Notes: generated by a model not told the origin, from the sequence alone. A stretch of DNA of 64,000 nucleotides from a virus (IMGVR_UViG_3300028380_000482:43564-107563); one strand, 5' to 3'. Numbered from the stretch's first letter, positions 1-9,271 are shown. Program-made: numbers and translations.

Positions 1-389
1 CGGATGAAGATGAGGAGAAGGAAGCGAAACTCATGCGGTTCATTACAGGGGAAACGCGGGTGCTCGTCACGAAGCCTGTTTTGTTTGGGTGGGGCTTAAA
101 TCTGCAGCACTGCAATCACATGACTGTCTTCCCCTCGCATAGCTACGAGCAACTTTATCAAGCTATCAGAAGGTGCCACCGCTTTGGTCAAACACAGTCA
201 GTGACCGTAGATATGATTACGACCGAGGGAGAGCAACGGGTGATGACAAACGTACAGCGGAAGTCAAAGCAGGCCGATGCAATGTTCGCTACGCTCGTGG
301 CGGAGATGAACGCAGCGGCTCCAGTAGCACGAAGCTATCACGCGACGCGAGATATTACGGTGCCGACATGGCTATTAGGAAATGGATAA
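1..389 (+). CDS. SF2 (SNF2-like) helicase, C-terminal part (5' truncated by window)
   Basis: GWGLNLQ (motif V-like) and QAIRRCHRFGQ (motif VI); frame is open back to the window start. Confidence 0.85.
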   Translation, partial: DEDEEKEAKLMRFITGETRVLVTKPVLFGWGLNLQHCNHMTVFPSHSYEQLYQAIRRCHRFGQTQSVTVDMITTEGEQRVMTNVQRKSKQADAMFATLVAEMNAAAPVARSYHATRDITVPTWLLGNG

Positions 390-395
390 TTAACT

Positions 396-1235
396 ATGGA
401 TGTTCAAGGGCAGTGCGAATTTTGTCATCAACCAGTAAAGAGGAAGCAACAATCGGTATCGGCGAATGTACGAATGCATTTCTGTAACAACCAGTGCAAG
501 GGCGAATACCAACGGCTAGCCAAACCTGTCACGAAAGAATGGCTTGAGCAGAAATATCTCGTAGAGAAATTAGACACGAGTATCATTGGAAGGCTCGTCT
601 CTCGCGACCCTAAATCAGTATGGAATTGGTTAAAAGATTTTCACATTCCCACGAGAGGGCGAGGTGGGCACAACAAAAGAGTTGGCGGGCCTAAATGGGT
701 GCCGTGTCATATTGAAGTCATGCGACCTGCTCAAATTGATCTTGAGCGATGGTACCGAGAAGAATGGCAAAGTCTTGCTACCATCGCAGAAAGATTACAA
801 GTCGGAGAAACTACGGTAGGTCGATGGTTAAATCATTATCAAATCCCCTTACGTTCAATAAAGGAGTATCGCGCACGAGATGGCCGTGTTCCCTATCTTA
901 AAAATGGTGTTCATCATTTGAAGGGGAAGCGCGGGGTTGAAACTCCCAATTGGAAAGGCGGCATTACACCGGAGCGGCAAGCCTTCTATCGATCCGAAGA
1001 ATGGAGAATGGCGTGTATTACGGTGTGGAGAAGAGCAAAAGCGTATTGCGAACGGTGTGGAGAGAAGCAACGTAAGAAAGATCGCGGCACTTATCATATT
1101 CACCACGTCATTTCATTCAAGGTTCGGGAGTTGCGAGGAGTGCCAACAAACTTACTCCTCCTCTGTAGCCCCTGTCATCGATTCGTTCATAGCAAAGTAA
1201 ATGTTCATAAAGAATATCTAGGAGAAGTATCATGA
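396..1235 (+). CDS. HNH endonuclease with N-terminal Zn-finger and HTH modules
   Basis: CEFC...FCNNQC; two HTH-like segments; PNWKGG; CERC...HIHHV...NLLLLCSPCH. Confidence 0.85.
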   Translation: MDVQGQCEFCHQPVKRKQQSVSANVRMHFCNNQCKGEYQRLAKPVTKEWLEQKYLVEKLDTSIIGRLVSRDPKSVWNWLKDFHIPTRGRGGHNKRVGGPKWVPCHIEVMRPAQIDLERWYREEWQSLATIAERLQVGETTVGRWLNHYQIPLRSIKEYRARDGRVPYLKNGVHHLKGKRGVETPNWKGGITPERQAFYRSEEWRMACITVWRRAKAYCERCGEKQRKKDRGTYHIHHVISFKVRELRGVPTNLLLLCSPCHRFVHSKVNVHKEYLGEVS

Positions 1236-2215
1236 AAACGAACACTCAAGTTATCACTGATAGTTATGCTCTGTACAATAACGATTGCTTAGAGATTCTA
1301 CCTACATTACCTAGTAAAAGCGTGGGCTTATCGGTGTACTCACCTCCATTCGCGACATCCTCGGGGGCGTTATACACATATTCATCCTCAGACCGGGACC
1401 TGTCTAACAGTAAGGATTACGGTCAGTTTTTCGACCACTACCGTTTCCTCGTGAAAGAGATAGCGCGGGTAACAATGCCGGGAAGAGCAAGTGCGGTTCA
1501 TTGTATTGACATTCCCTCTGGCAATAGTGGGACGGATTATTTGATCGATTTTCCCGGCGATATTATCCGCCTGCATCAAGAGGAGGGGTGGAAATACGTT
1601 GCGCGTTATTCGATCTGGAAAGAGCCCCTTGCCGTCAGAAATCGCACGATGGCGAAGAATCTGGCACACAAAACCATTGTGGATGATTCCTCGCGATGCA
1701 GTGCAGCAGGGGCAGACTATCTGTTAGTGTTTCGGCGGGAGGGGGAGAACACGATCCCGATTGCGCACCCCAACGGATTGTTGACCTATGCCGGATCACG
1801 GCAGATGCCCGCCGATGTATTGCGCTATCGTGGCTGGACCGGCAACCAGATTGAGAACAAGTTCTCACATTGGATTTGGCGACAATACGCCAGCGCCTTT
1901 TGGGATGACGTGCGGATCGAACGCGTACTCCCCTACAAAGAATCACGGGAGGAAGAAGACGAAAAGCACGTCCATCCGTTACAACTCGATGTGATCGAGC
2001 GGGCGTTGGTCTTGTGGAGCAATCCTGGGGAAACCGTCTTAAGTCCCTTTGCCGGGGTTGGAAGTGAAATTTTTGGAGCGGTCCAGAACGGACGGAAGGG
2101 CATCGGCATTGAACTCAAGCACAGTTATTTTCGCCAGATGGTGAAGAACCTCGCTTCTGTTCAGACCTCGCAGCACGAGCAAGGCTCACTCCTGTTCAAA
2201 GAGAGCGTCGCGTGA
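1232..2215 (+). CDS. DNA methyltransferase (N4-C/N6-A, beta-class order)
   Basis: SPPF catalytic motif near N-terminus; HVHPLQ and VLSPFAGVGSE SAM-binding motif near C-terminus. Confidence 0.9.
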   Translation: MKTNTQVITDSYALYNNDCLEILPTLPSKSVGLSVYSPPFATSSGALYTYSSSDRDLSNSKDYGQFFDHYRFLVKEIARVTMPGRASAVHCIDIPSGNSGTDYLIDFPGDIIRLHQEEGWKYVARYSIWKEPLAVRNRTMAKNLAHKTIVDDSSRCSAAGADYLLVFRREGENTIPIAHPNGLLTYAGSRQMPADVLRYRGWTGNQIENKFSHWIWRQYASAFWDDVRIERVLPYKESREEEDEKHVHPLQLDVIERALVLWSNPGETVLSPFAGVGSEIFGAVQNGRKGIGIELKHSYFRQMVKNLASVQTSQHEQGSLLFKESVA

Positions 2216-2454
2216 ATGTCGATACTGATTCTCGGGGCCGCCGCTTCGATACCCGCCTCCGGCGGTCCCTGGCGGGAAAGAGACGCACGCTGTTGACGAC
2301 ACTCAGAGCAATGCATGAGGCCGGGATTGCAGATGAGGATATTCTCGCGTTGCTCGCACGGTTCGGGGCACGACCGGAGATGCTCACCTACCGACTAGCG
2401 GTCATTTTGTTAGACACCTGGGGAAAGTTTGTCAAAGACGGAAGGGGCTATTAA
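2212..2454 (+). CDS. hypothetical protein
   Basis: GTGA overlap with the methyltransferase stop. Confidence 0.5.
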   Translation: MNVDTDSRGRRFDTRLRRSLAGKRRTLLTTLRAMHEAGIADEDILALLARFGARPEMLTYRLAVILLDTWGKFVKDGRGY

Positions 2455-2479
2455 CATTAGGTTCAACTTATTGTAGTAT
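2451..2479 (+). promoter_or_regulatory. sigma70-like promoter with AGGTNCAAYTT spacer motif
   Basis: TTAACA-17-TAGTAT; AGGTTCAACTT at 2459-2469. Confidence 0.55.
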
Positions 2480-2513
2480 ATAAGAAGATCACACAAGAGA
2501 GGAGAGAACAAAG

Positions 2514-2756
2514 ATGCAATATTTACCCTCAGGCAAAGTGTCGGTGTTCATCAACGGGAAGTGGTCAGCGCCGATGACGGTGGAGGAGGGACAGGCGGTG
2601 GAGAACGCGGCGCGCTACGGGGCGGACTGGCGTGAGCAGCTCACAAGGCGGATCGAGGAGGCGGCAGGGGATGGGTGGAGTTGGTGGGAGGAGTTGGACG
2701 AAGCGGGGCGGCGGATGCTGGTCCGGGGGCTGTGGCGGCGGCGGTGGGCGGTGTGA
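2514..2756 (+). CDS. hypothetical protein
   Basis: GAGGAG RBS, downstream of a promoter. Confidence 0.65.
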   Translation: MQYLPSGKVSVFINGKWSAPMTVEEGQAVENAARYGADWREQLTRRIEEAAGDGWSWWEELDEAGRRMLVRGLWRRRWAV

Positions 2757-2757
2757 T

Positions 2758-2787
2758 TTGACTTCAGGTACAACTTTTTGCTACTAT
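2758..2787 (+). promoter_or_regulatory. sigma70-like promoter with AGGTNCAAYTT spacer motif
   Basis: TTGACT-18-TACTAT with extended TG; AGGTACAACTT at 2766-2776. Confidence 0.65.
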
Positions 2788-2958
2788 AGAAAAAGTAACA
2801 GAGAGTGAAGGGAGGACAGCCTATGCAACACAACTGAGGTGGTGTGGAGTAGGGGATGGGATTCGGTAGGGGCTCTGAGCAAGTCCCTACCGATATGGGC
2901 AAAAACACTACACACAGAGCACTATACCTGCCCTGTGTCTAACCGCAACCCTATCAAC

Positions 2959-3114
2959 GGGTGCAAGCACCCCGACAGAGGGTGCAAGCACCCCGACAGA
3001 GGGTGCAAGCACCCCGACAGAGGGTGCAAGCACCCCGACAGAGGGTGCAAGCACCCCGACAGAGGGTGCAAGCACCCCGACAGAGGGTGCAAGCACCCCG
3101 ACAGAGGGTGCAAG
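2959..3114. repeat. Perfect tandem repeat: 7 x 21 bp (GGGTGCAAGCACCCCGACAGA) plus a 9-bp partial unit
   Basis: Read directly; each unit contains the inverted repeat GGGTGC-AA-GCACCC. Confidence 0.97.
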
Positions 3115-3128
3115 GAGCTACGTCAGGT

Positions 3129-3533
3129 ATGCGATCGTTTATTGTTCGTTCTGCTTTGGCATTGGTCACTATTCTCAGTCTTAATCTTACCGTTACGTCG
3201 GGCGTTGAAGCCAAGGGCTGTCCTAATTGGTTTGCACCCACCTCGACCCAGTGGGCCACGTGGCGGCCTGAGCTTGGGCTGGTCAATTTCTGGATTGATG
3301 TCATCGATCGGGACCAACCAAATACCTCCGCACCGCTGCGAATCTACGTGAATGGGCAGCACTACACCGACATTCCAAGCAGGCCGGGGGTCGATCTCAA
3401 CGTCAACGTGCAGCCGAACACGGGTCTGGTTGAGTTCTATTATTTGGACCTCAATCAGTGCGTGGCGGTCCCGAACCCATTGCCGCCAATTTCTAGTTTA
3501 CAGTGGAAGCGGATGTTCGCGTATTGGTTCTAA
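3129..3533 (+). CDS. secreted hypothetical protein
   Basis: AAGGAG RBS; signal peptide MRSFIVRSALALVTILSL...VEA; start trimmed from the ORF track. Confidence 0.65.
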   Translation: MRSFIVRSALALVTILSLNLTVTSGVEAKGCPNWFAPTSTQWATWRPELGLVNFWIDVIDRDQPNTSAPLRIYVNGQHYTDIPSRPGVDLNVNVQPNTGLVEFYYLDLNQCVAVPNPLPPISSLQWKRMFAYWF

Positions 3534-3534
3534 C

Positions 3535-3621
3535 ATGCTGTTCGCTACGCTCATTCTTTTTACCCTGACGATGGTGTGTGTTGATGTCCTGACCGCGTAC
3601 ATCGCACGGCACCGCTCATAG
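3535..3621 (+). CDS. small hydrophobic peptide (28 aa)
   Basis: MLFATLILFTLTMVCVDVL..., begins directly after the upstream stop. Confidence 0.4.
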   Translation: MLFATLILFTLTMVCVDVLTAYIARHRS

Positions 3622-3679
3622 TCACACAAATAACAAACGGCCCCAAATACTGGGGCCTCTCGACAATAGGAGAAGCACA

Positions 3680-4273
3680 TTGAAAGCATTTATCTATACG
3701 TCAGCAATTGCTCTTACGCTCTTCACCGGGTCTGCCTTCGGTCAGACCTACAATCCCACTAAAAGCGACGAGGCTACGCGCAATACGGCCTCGGGTACAT
3801 TCGCAGTGCCGAACAACAGCGGCAAGGACAACACCGGAATCGGCCACCGCACAATGCCAGTCCTGACTACAGGTATCCGTGATACGGCGACGGGAAGTGG
3901 GGCAGGGGCGGGGCTCACTACGGGACAAGAAAACAGCTTGTACGGCTATCGGGCGGGAACCTCGCTCAAGTTCGGGTCGGCCAATACGATGATGGGCGCC
4001 GACGCGGGCTGGAGGATGACCAACGGCACCAGCAATACTATTCTCGGTTACTCCGCCTGTAATATGCTGACGACTGGAGCGAACAACACCTGCATCGGCG
4101 CGGGGGCGGGGGCAGCGGTCACCGGGATCGGCAATGTGATCATCGAGCATCCCGGGAAGGTGGGTGAGTCCTACGGTGTTCACATTGGCAGTGCAGCCCA
4201 CACCAAAGTGACGGTCGGGGCGTACGATTTGGCAGACTTCGATGCACGCTTAAAGGCGTGCGAAGCGAAGTAA
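3680..4273 (+). CDS. secreted Gly/Asn beta-roll repeat protein with C-terminal coiled coil
   Basis: Signal peptide; repeated NTxxG units; ends LADFDARLKACEAK. Confidence 0.75.
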   Translation: MKAFIYTSAIALTLFTGSAFGQTYNPTKSDEATRNTASGTFAVPNNSGKDNTGIGHRTMPVLTTGIRDTATGSGAGAGLTTGQENSLYGYRAGTSLKFGSANTMMGADAGWRMTNGTSNTILGYSACNMLTTGANNTCIGAGAGAAVTGIGNVIIEHPGKVGESYGVHIGSAAHTKVTVGAYDLADFDARLKACEAK

Positions 4274-4343
4274 TTTCACACTGTAACCCCCCTACAAAGG
4301 GGGCTAGCAAGGGGCCTCGCGGCCCCTGAAAGAAGAACGAATC

Positions 4344-5165
4344 ATGAAAGCATTTACGTCCTCCGTCCTTGCACTCACGTTGTGTAGCCTCACGAATCTT
4401 GCTCTGGCGCAGACGAGTGCGCAGCTTGCAACCCCAACCTATAATCCCACCGCCAGTAGCATGAATAATAACACCGCAGGCGGGACCGGAGCCGTACCGG
4501 CAAATAAAGGGGGGAACAATACCGCCTTCGGACGAAATGCGTTAGCCGTGACGACCGGTAATGGCAATGTGGGGATGGGAGTTGGCGCGTTACAAGCCTT
4601 GACGACGGGCAAGTGGAACACAGCCATCGGAACGAGCGCGGGCCGGATCATGACCACCCCTGCCGAAAATACCGTGGTCGGATTTCACGCGGGCTATTTT
4701 ACCACCGAAGGGGTCGGAAATACTTTTGTCGGATCACAAGCAGGCTTTGCCAATGCGACCGGCCTGAATAACACGTATCTCGGGGCGGGCGCGGGCAGCG
4801 GCTCGCGAGGAGATCGCAACGTCTTCCTCGGGGTCGCAGCGGGCAACAGTAATCTCTCCGGGTCGGGGAATATCTATATTAACCATGTCGGAGGAGAGCA
4901 AGCGGAATCGAACACCATGCGTTTAGGACAGCCCGATGGGATTTTTGAGACCTATATTGCTGGGATTTGGGGCACGTCGGTGTTGGGTGCCCTCCCCGTC
5001 GTGATCAATGCCGAAGGGCAACTCGGCGTGGCGATGCCATCGCTGAACGAGCAGGCCGAAGGGGCCACGGTCGATCCACAAACCGCCGCGCTGATTGCGA
5101 CCCTCATGCAGCGCATTGACCAGTTGGAAGCGCGGGTGGCGGAACTGGAAGCAGCGGGACAGTAA
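4344..5165 (+). CDS. secreted Gly/Asn beta-roll repeat protein (paralogue of 3680..4273)
   Basis: Both begin MKAF plus signal peptide and share TYNPT...NTAxGTxAVP; NTAFG/NTFVG repeats; ends RIDQLEARVAELE. Confidence 0.78.
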   Translation: MKAFTSSVLALTLCSLTNLALAQTSAQLATPTYNPTASSMNNNTAGGTGAVPANKGGNNTAFGRNALAVTTGNGNVGMGVGALQALTTGKWNTAIGTSAGRIMTTPAENTVVGFHAGYFTTEGVGNTFVGSQAGFANATGLNNTYLGAGAGSGSRGDRNVFLGVAAGNSNLSGSGNIYINHVGGEQAESNTMRLGQPDGIFETYIAGIWGTSVLGALPVVINAEGQLGVAMPSLNEQAEGATVDPQTAALIATLMQRIDQLEARVAELEAAGQ

Positions 5166-5267
5166 GCAATGGTTACAAACTATGAGCCGAGTGTCAGCCC
5201 GATTCATAGCCAACCAATAGACCACCACAAGAACCTCCACTAAAGGGGCGAACGAAAAGGAACAAAT

Positions 5268-5870
5268 ATGTCATACGAGAATTTCAGAACTGAGGCAATT
5301 ATTGCAAATTGGCGAGTCGGAACCGATAAGACGACGGCGCGCTTTACGGTCGAGCATCACAACAAGTTTGGTCAGCGGGTGGTCCGCACGGTGAAACATC
5401 CGTTTCGGGATGAGTGGCTCAAGCCAAGCGTAACGCGCTGGTGTACGCAAGCTGCCGTTGCTGACGATGAGAGCGGTGCACTCGTTGTGGTACTCATGCA
5501 CGAAGAATGTTTGGTCGTGGTTCTCAATGCCCGCGATTTTACGAAACAACTTTTTTGTTTTTATCCGAGCGATGAAGGAACAGGCTCCCTCATGTGCCAA
5601 TTGCAAGATTTAGCCGATCAAACTCCGCGTGCTGAGACCCGGACGATTGCCATTGAGACGCCCCTAGATGTGACCTTGCGCGCGGCTATTCATCGGCACT
5701 TGCGCCGCATTGCCGACATGCCGGGAGGCACGACGGGCGCATTAGCGAAACAGACAATCACGATCTTTTCACCGAAGGATTCACAGGCCGTGGAGACGGA
5801 GACGGCCCATACGTTAGCAGACCTGCTCCAGTCCGCCAGTGGTCGTGAATTTCAGTATTCAGTACGATAA
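5268..5870 (+). CDS. hypothetical protein
   Basis: 200-aa ORF with AAGGA RBS. Confidence 0.65.
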   Translation: MSYENFRTEAIIANWRVGTDKTTARFTVEHHNKFGQRVVRTVKHPFRDEWLKPSVTRWCTQAAVADDESGALVVVLMHEECLVVVLNARDFTKQLFCFYPSDEGTGSLMCQLQDLADQTPRAETRTIAIETPLDVTLRAAIHRHLRRIADMPGGTTGALAKQTITIFSPKDSQAVETETAHTLADLLQSASGREFQYSVR

Positions 5871-6116
5871 ACTAATCAGACTGTTTCTCTGTTCCATAAG
5901 GGCTTTCTCTGACTCTATTGACTGCGTTGATAACATTCAGTGAAGTCGTGAGAGTGTCTGACCGAGTACAAGCGGTCGAGCGGCAGAGAAACCACAGGCC
6001 GGGGCGCCGCATCACCCTTCGCGGCACCGATCATAAAGTCAGCCCCGGCTTTGTGACCTTCCCCCATAACAAGACCTTTTTTCTTTACAGCAGGTACATT
6101 TTTATTATCTCCCCTC

Positions 6117-6145
6117 TTGTCAACAGGTACAATTTAATGTATTAT
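6117..6145 (+). promoter_or_regulatory. sigma70-like promoter with AGGTNCAAYTT spacer motif
   Basis: TTGTCA-17-TATTAT; AGGTACAATTT at 6125-6135; degenerate copy AGGTACATTTT at 6092-6102. Confidence 0.65.
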
Positions 6146-6170
6146 TAGCCAAAGGAAGGAAGATCACAGC

Positions 6171-6434
6171 ATGTGCGTCTGTACGGTCGATGTTCTGTGT
6201 GAAGAAGCGAAAGAAGATTGGATTGCGTTGAACGAATACCGGGAAACGCCACAGAAGCAGCGCATATTGAATAACCGATGGTATGAGGAAACAAAAGCGG
6301 CGTTCGTTAAACATCGGACCTTTGCCCTACACATCAAGCAGAGGACCGGCGGGAGCACAGGCTACGCGTATTACCCCGACTGGCGCGAGCGATTGAAACC
6401 AGACTGGAAACCAACAAAGGAGCAGAAATCATGA
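6171..6434 (+). CDS. hypothetical protein
   Basis: AGGAAGGA RBS, first gene after the promoter. Confidence 0.6.
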   Translation: MCVCTVDVLCEEAKEDWIALNEYRETPQKQRILNNRWYEETKAAFVKHRTFALHIKQRTGGSTGYAYYPDWRERLKPDWKPTKEQKS

Positions 6435-6994
6435 CACCTGCCGAACGTGACTTTTTGTGCAGTATCCGCAAGGCCGAGGGACTCGAACCGGTCTTGCGCG
6501 TGTTACTGGATAATGGACAAACCAACAACGACACGGCACCAGGAAAACTGACACCGGAAGTGACAGCGCGCATCTTTGCTCTCCGAGGACAGGGGAAGTC
6601 CGCTCGTGAAATTGCGGACATGGTGAAGCGGTCGAAAACCTCGATTGACTCACTCTTTGCGGCAGAGCGGCAGAGATCGGCGTTACGGGCGGCGAAGGCC
6701 ACGGACGGACAACGCGACCCGCACGACCACAGGGTGTTGCCCGAGGTTCTTCCACGTGACCCTCGCATTGGCCGATTGCCGCTCGTCAAAGGTATGTCTC
6801 CCTTCGGCAAGAAGCAACCTAAACCACGCCGCCCGATCACGCCGAAGGAAGAATCTTTGATCCTCAGTCTTACGCGCCAAGGAACCAGCGTGGCCGACAT
6901 CTCCGACCAGCTAGAGCGATCAGAAACCGGCATTCGTCATGTCTTAGAGCGCAACGGATTGCAACCACAAAAGAGGAAAGGAACTTCCAAATGA
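6431..6994 (+). CDS. DNA-binding protein with two HTH domains
   Basis: IFALRGQGKSAREIADMVKRSKTSI and ILSLTRQGTSVADISDQLERSETGI. Confidence 0.75.
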   Translation: MTPAERDFLCSIRKAEGLEPVLRVLLDNGQTNNDTAPGKLTPEVTARIFALRGQGKSAREIADMVKRSKTSIDSLFAAERQRSALRAAKATDGQRDPHDHRVLPEVLPRDPRIGRLPLVKGMSPFGKKQPKPRRPITPKEESLILSLTRQGTSVADISDQLERSETGIRHVLERNGLQPQKRKGTSK

Positions 6995-7671
6995 ATACTC
7001 ACCATGAAGTGTTTAGCGTAACGGTCAGAGACGGAGAACTCGCGTTCGGTGTCCGAGAAATAACCGGCAAGGAAGTCTTTCGGGCGATTTTCACCAAACC
7101 GGCAGCGGAGGAGCTAGCAAAACTCTGTGACAAGTGGCCGGGGCGCGACTGGCCCTTTTATCGAGGTCTGCTGAGCACAGAGCGGTTCATTCTTCCGTGT
7201 GAGAGCGAAGATCCGACGCCCCTCGCAGAGCCACGATCAGAACAAGAGAAGACCGGATTGCAAGAGGTGCTCTCCAAACTGGAATCTTTAATCCAGACGA
7301 TGGAGGACATCGGCGTCGCGCGAGACTTCCTACCCCAAGAAGACTGGCTTGCCATCTTCTATGATCCCTCCGATCCGAGTTTTGATGATGTCGCGGAGCT
7401 ACTACATGCGTGGCAAGACAAAGCAGAGCAGCGCGTTGCTGAGGAAACGGCAAAGAAGGACGCGGCGAAACATGTTGATCGAGCGGCAGAAATCCTCAGG
7501 TTCTATCGGGGACTAACGCCGGGCGAGCTGCAAGAAACCGAAGGAACGATCACTTCGTTACTCGCCGATCTGCTGCACTACGTACAAGAAGACATGACTG
7601 AAAAACCGCAGGACGTGCTTGCTGAAGCGGTGGACAATGCCGTTCGGTACTTTGAGAGCGAATCCAAATAA
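6991..7671 (+). CDS. hypothetical protein
   Basis: ATGA-coupled 226-aa ORF. Confidence 0.65.
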   Translation: MNTHHEVFSVTVRDGELAFGVREITGKEVFRAIFTKPAAEELAKLCDKWPGRDWPFYRGLLSTERFILPCESEDPTPLAEPRSEQEKTGLQEVLSKLESLIQTMEDIGVARDFLPQEDWLAIFYDPSDPSFDDVAELLHAWQDKAEQRVAEETAKKDAAKHVDRAAEILRFYRGLTPGELQETEGTITSLLADLLHYVQEDMTEKPQDVLAEAVDNAVRYFESESK

Positions 7672-7721
7672 GCAACCCGGCTCCCCCGGACCGGGGAGCC
7701 GTACACAAGAAGGGAGGCGAG

Positions 7722-8108
7722 GTGGTACAGAAGCAAAAGAAGATACTTTCGCTTGAGGAAGTCAAAACCCGGACCGATGGTTGGGAATCGGCGCCCGTCC
7801 AGACAGAGACGTGGTGTGTCGATGTTCGCCCGCCGAAACCAATATTTAGGTTTATTGCAGGCGAACAGCATATTGCGATCCAGAGTCGCACACTGCTTGA
7901 TGCGTGGAACGCGCTGACCATTAAAGCAAAGCAGCAACCGCTCCCCATTGAATTTTCCCGGCAGGTTATCACTGCCTATGATACAGAGGGAACCGTGCTT
8001 GGCGCACGTTCGTGGATTAAATGGCAAGAGTTATTGTGGGAGGATACCTACGGCCCAAACTGGCGCGAAATTATGGATCATGCCGACAGTCTACGGAAAG
8101 GAGAATAA
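7722..8108 (+). CDS. hypothetical protein
   Basis: GGGAGG RBS after the GGCTCCCC/GGGGAGCC hairpin. Confidence 0.6.
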   Translation: MVQKQKKILSLEEVKTRTDGWESAPVQTETWCVDVRPPKPIFRFIAGEQHIAIQSRTLLDAWNALTIKAKQQPLPIEFSRQVITAYDTEGTVLGARSWIKWQELLWEDTYGPNWREIMDHADSLRKGE

Positions 8109-8109
8109 C

Positions 8110-8463
8110 ATGCTGCCCAGTGTCAAACCCGCCCACCCTACAAAGGTGGCAAGCGAATGCTATGGGTCGTTCGTAGCAGCTATGCTTATCTTTGTGACGG
8201 CGTTCGCGGCGGGCTATCTGTTCCCGACCCCGGAACCTGCCGCGCAGGCCGCAGAACGTCACTTCTGTGTGTATTCGTGGCAGCAGGCCGCAAGCATTGC
8301 TCGAAACTTCTCGCCTTCAGTTTCAGAGTTTGAATACCGCACGCCCGAGGGAGGAACGGTCATTTGCACGGAAGTCTGTTTGCAGGAAGGCTGCCCTGAG
8401 AACACATTTAGTGATAAAGTGAATCAGGGGGAAGTAACAGGCTGGCTGCGAAACTCGGAATAG
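8110..8463 (+). CDS. membrane-anchored hypothetical protein
   Basis: AAAGGAGA RBS; hydrophobic segment FVAAMLIFVTAFAAGYLF. Confidence 0.55.
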   Translation: MLPSVKPAHPTKVASECYGSFVAAMLIFVTAFAAGYLFPTPEPAAQAAERHFCVYSWQQAASIARNFSPSVSEFEYRTPEGGTVICTEVCLQEGCPENTFSDKVNQGEVTGWLRNSE

Positions 8464-8472
8464 GAGCCACAC

Positions 8473-8739
8473 ATGCCCGCAATAGTTTTCATTCTTTTCA
8501 CTTTGTATCTTACGTTATCTTTTGAGCCGCCGTTCGGAGATCCCTTCTTGTCGGACCAGCCAAGAAAATCCCCGCAAGAAATCGCAGCCTATCACATCCA
8601 AGTCTGCAATGATTTGTGGCGAGAGCATCCCGATAATACCCTGCTCGATGGTGAAATGTGTTCTGAATGGCGTCGGCGAAAAATTGCCGAAGGCGGCTTT
8701 ATTGCCGAGAAGGAGGACCCCCATGCTCACATCAACTGA
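8473..8739 (+). CDS. hypothetical protein with hydrophobic N-terminus
   Basis: AGGAG RBS; MPAIVFILFTLYLTLSF. Confidence 0.55.
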   Translation: MPAIVFILFTLYLTLSFEPPFGDPFLSDQPRKSPQEIAAYHIQVCNDLWREHPDNTLLDGEMCSEWRRRKIAEGGFIAEKEDPHAHIN

Positions 8740-9061
8740 AGCCTTATTCGTCGCCGATGCCGCCGAGAAATACCCAGTCGGCTGGGGCAAATATTGGCTC
8801 AAAAGCAACCCGTCGCATTATACAGCCGAGGACATTGCCAATCGGCAACCGGCATTCCTGAGCCGCTACGGCTGACCGGCTGTGCAACTCGCTCTGTATC
8901 GGGCGGGATCACGGAAACTGATAGAGGACGACCTTGTCAAAGCCATGACTGACATTAGCCGGACCGGGGGGTGGAAACATCCCGAGCATTACGCAGAGGC
9001 ACTGAATGAAAATCCATACGGCGTGGCAACCGTACTCCGCGCATACGCCGTGAAACAGTGA
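8723..9061 (+). pseudogene. hypothetical gene interrupted by an in-frame TGA (8873-8875)
   Basis: AGGAGG RBS; the frame stays open for 61 codons after the TGA, up to the next gene's RBS. Confidence 0.45.
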
Positions 9062-9070
9062 GGAAGAACA

Positions 9071-9271
9071 GTGAACACCTCGAAATACGTGCGCGCCTTA
9101 GAGAAGCATCGCCGCGAAACGCATAGCTGGCTCGTCATCTCCGGCATGGTGCGGATCTATTCTTCAACCAAGATTGAGCCGCAACTCATGTGCAATGAGT
9201 GCCAGCAGATTATTATAGTAGAGGAACCAAAAGAACCCGAAGATAAACCAGAAGGAAACGAACCACAATGA
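9071..9271 (+). CDS. hypothetical protein (CxxC)
   Basis: GAGGAAG RBS; MCNECQ. Confidence 0.5.
   Translation: MNTSKYVRALEKHRRETHSWLVISGMVRIYSSTKIEPQLMCNECQQIIIVEEPKEPEDKPEGNEPQ

Noticed and set aside
2959-3114. CRISPR array
   Set aside because: The units are contiguous and identical with no unique spacers, and no cas genes are present.
2839-3351. ORFs translating the 21-bp repeat (GCKHPDR, VQAPRQR, LHPLSGC and others)
   Set aside because: They are open only because the 21-mer has no stop in any frame. The credible gene starts at 3129 with an RBS and signal peptide.
8873-8875. Genome-wide TGA recoding
   Set aside because: Many genes end in TGA with ATGA coupling, and the long genes are intact under the standard code.
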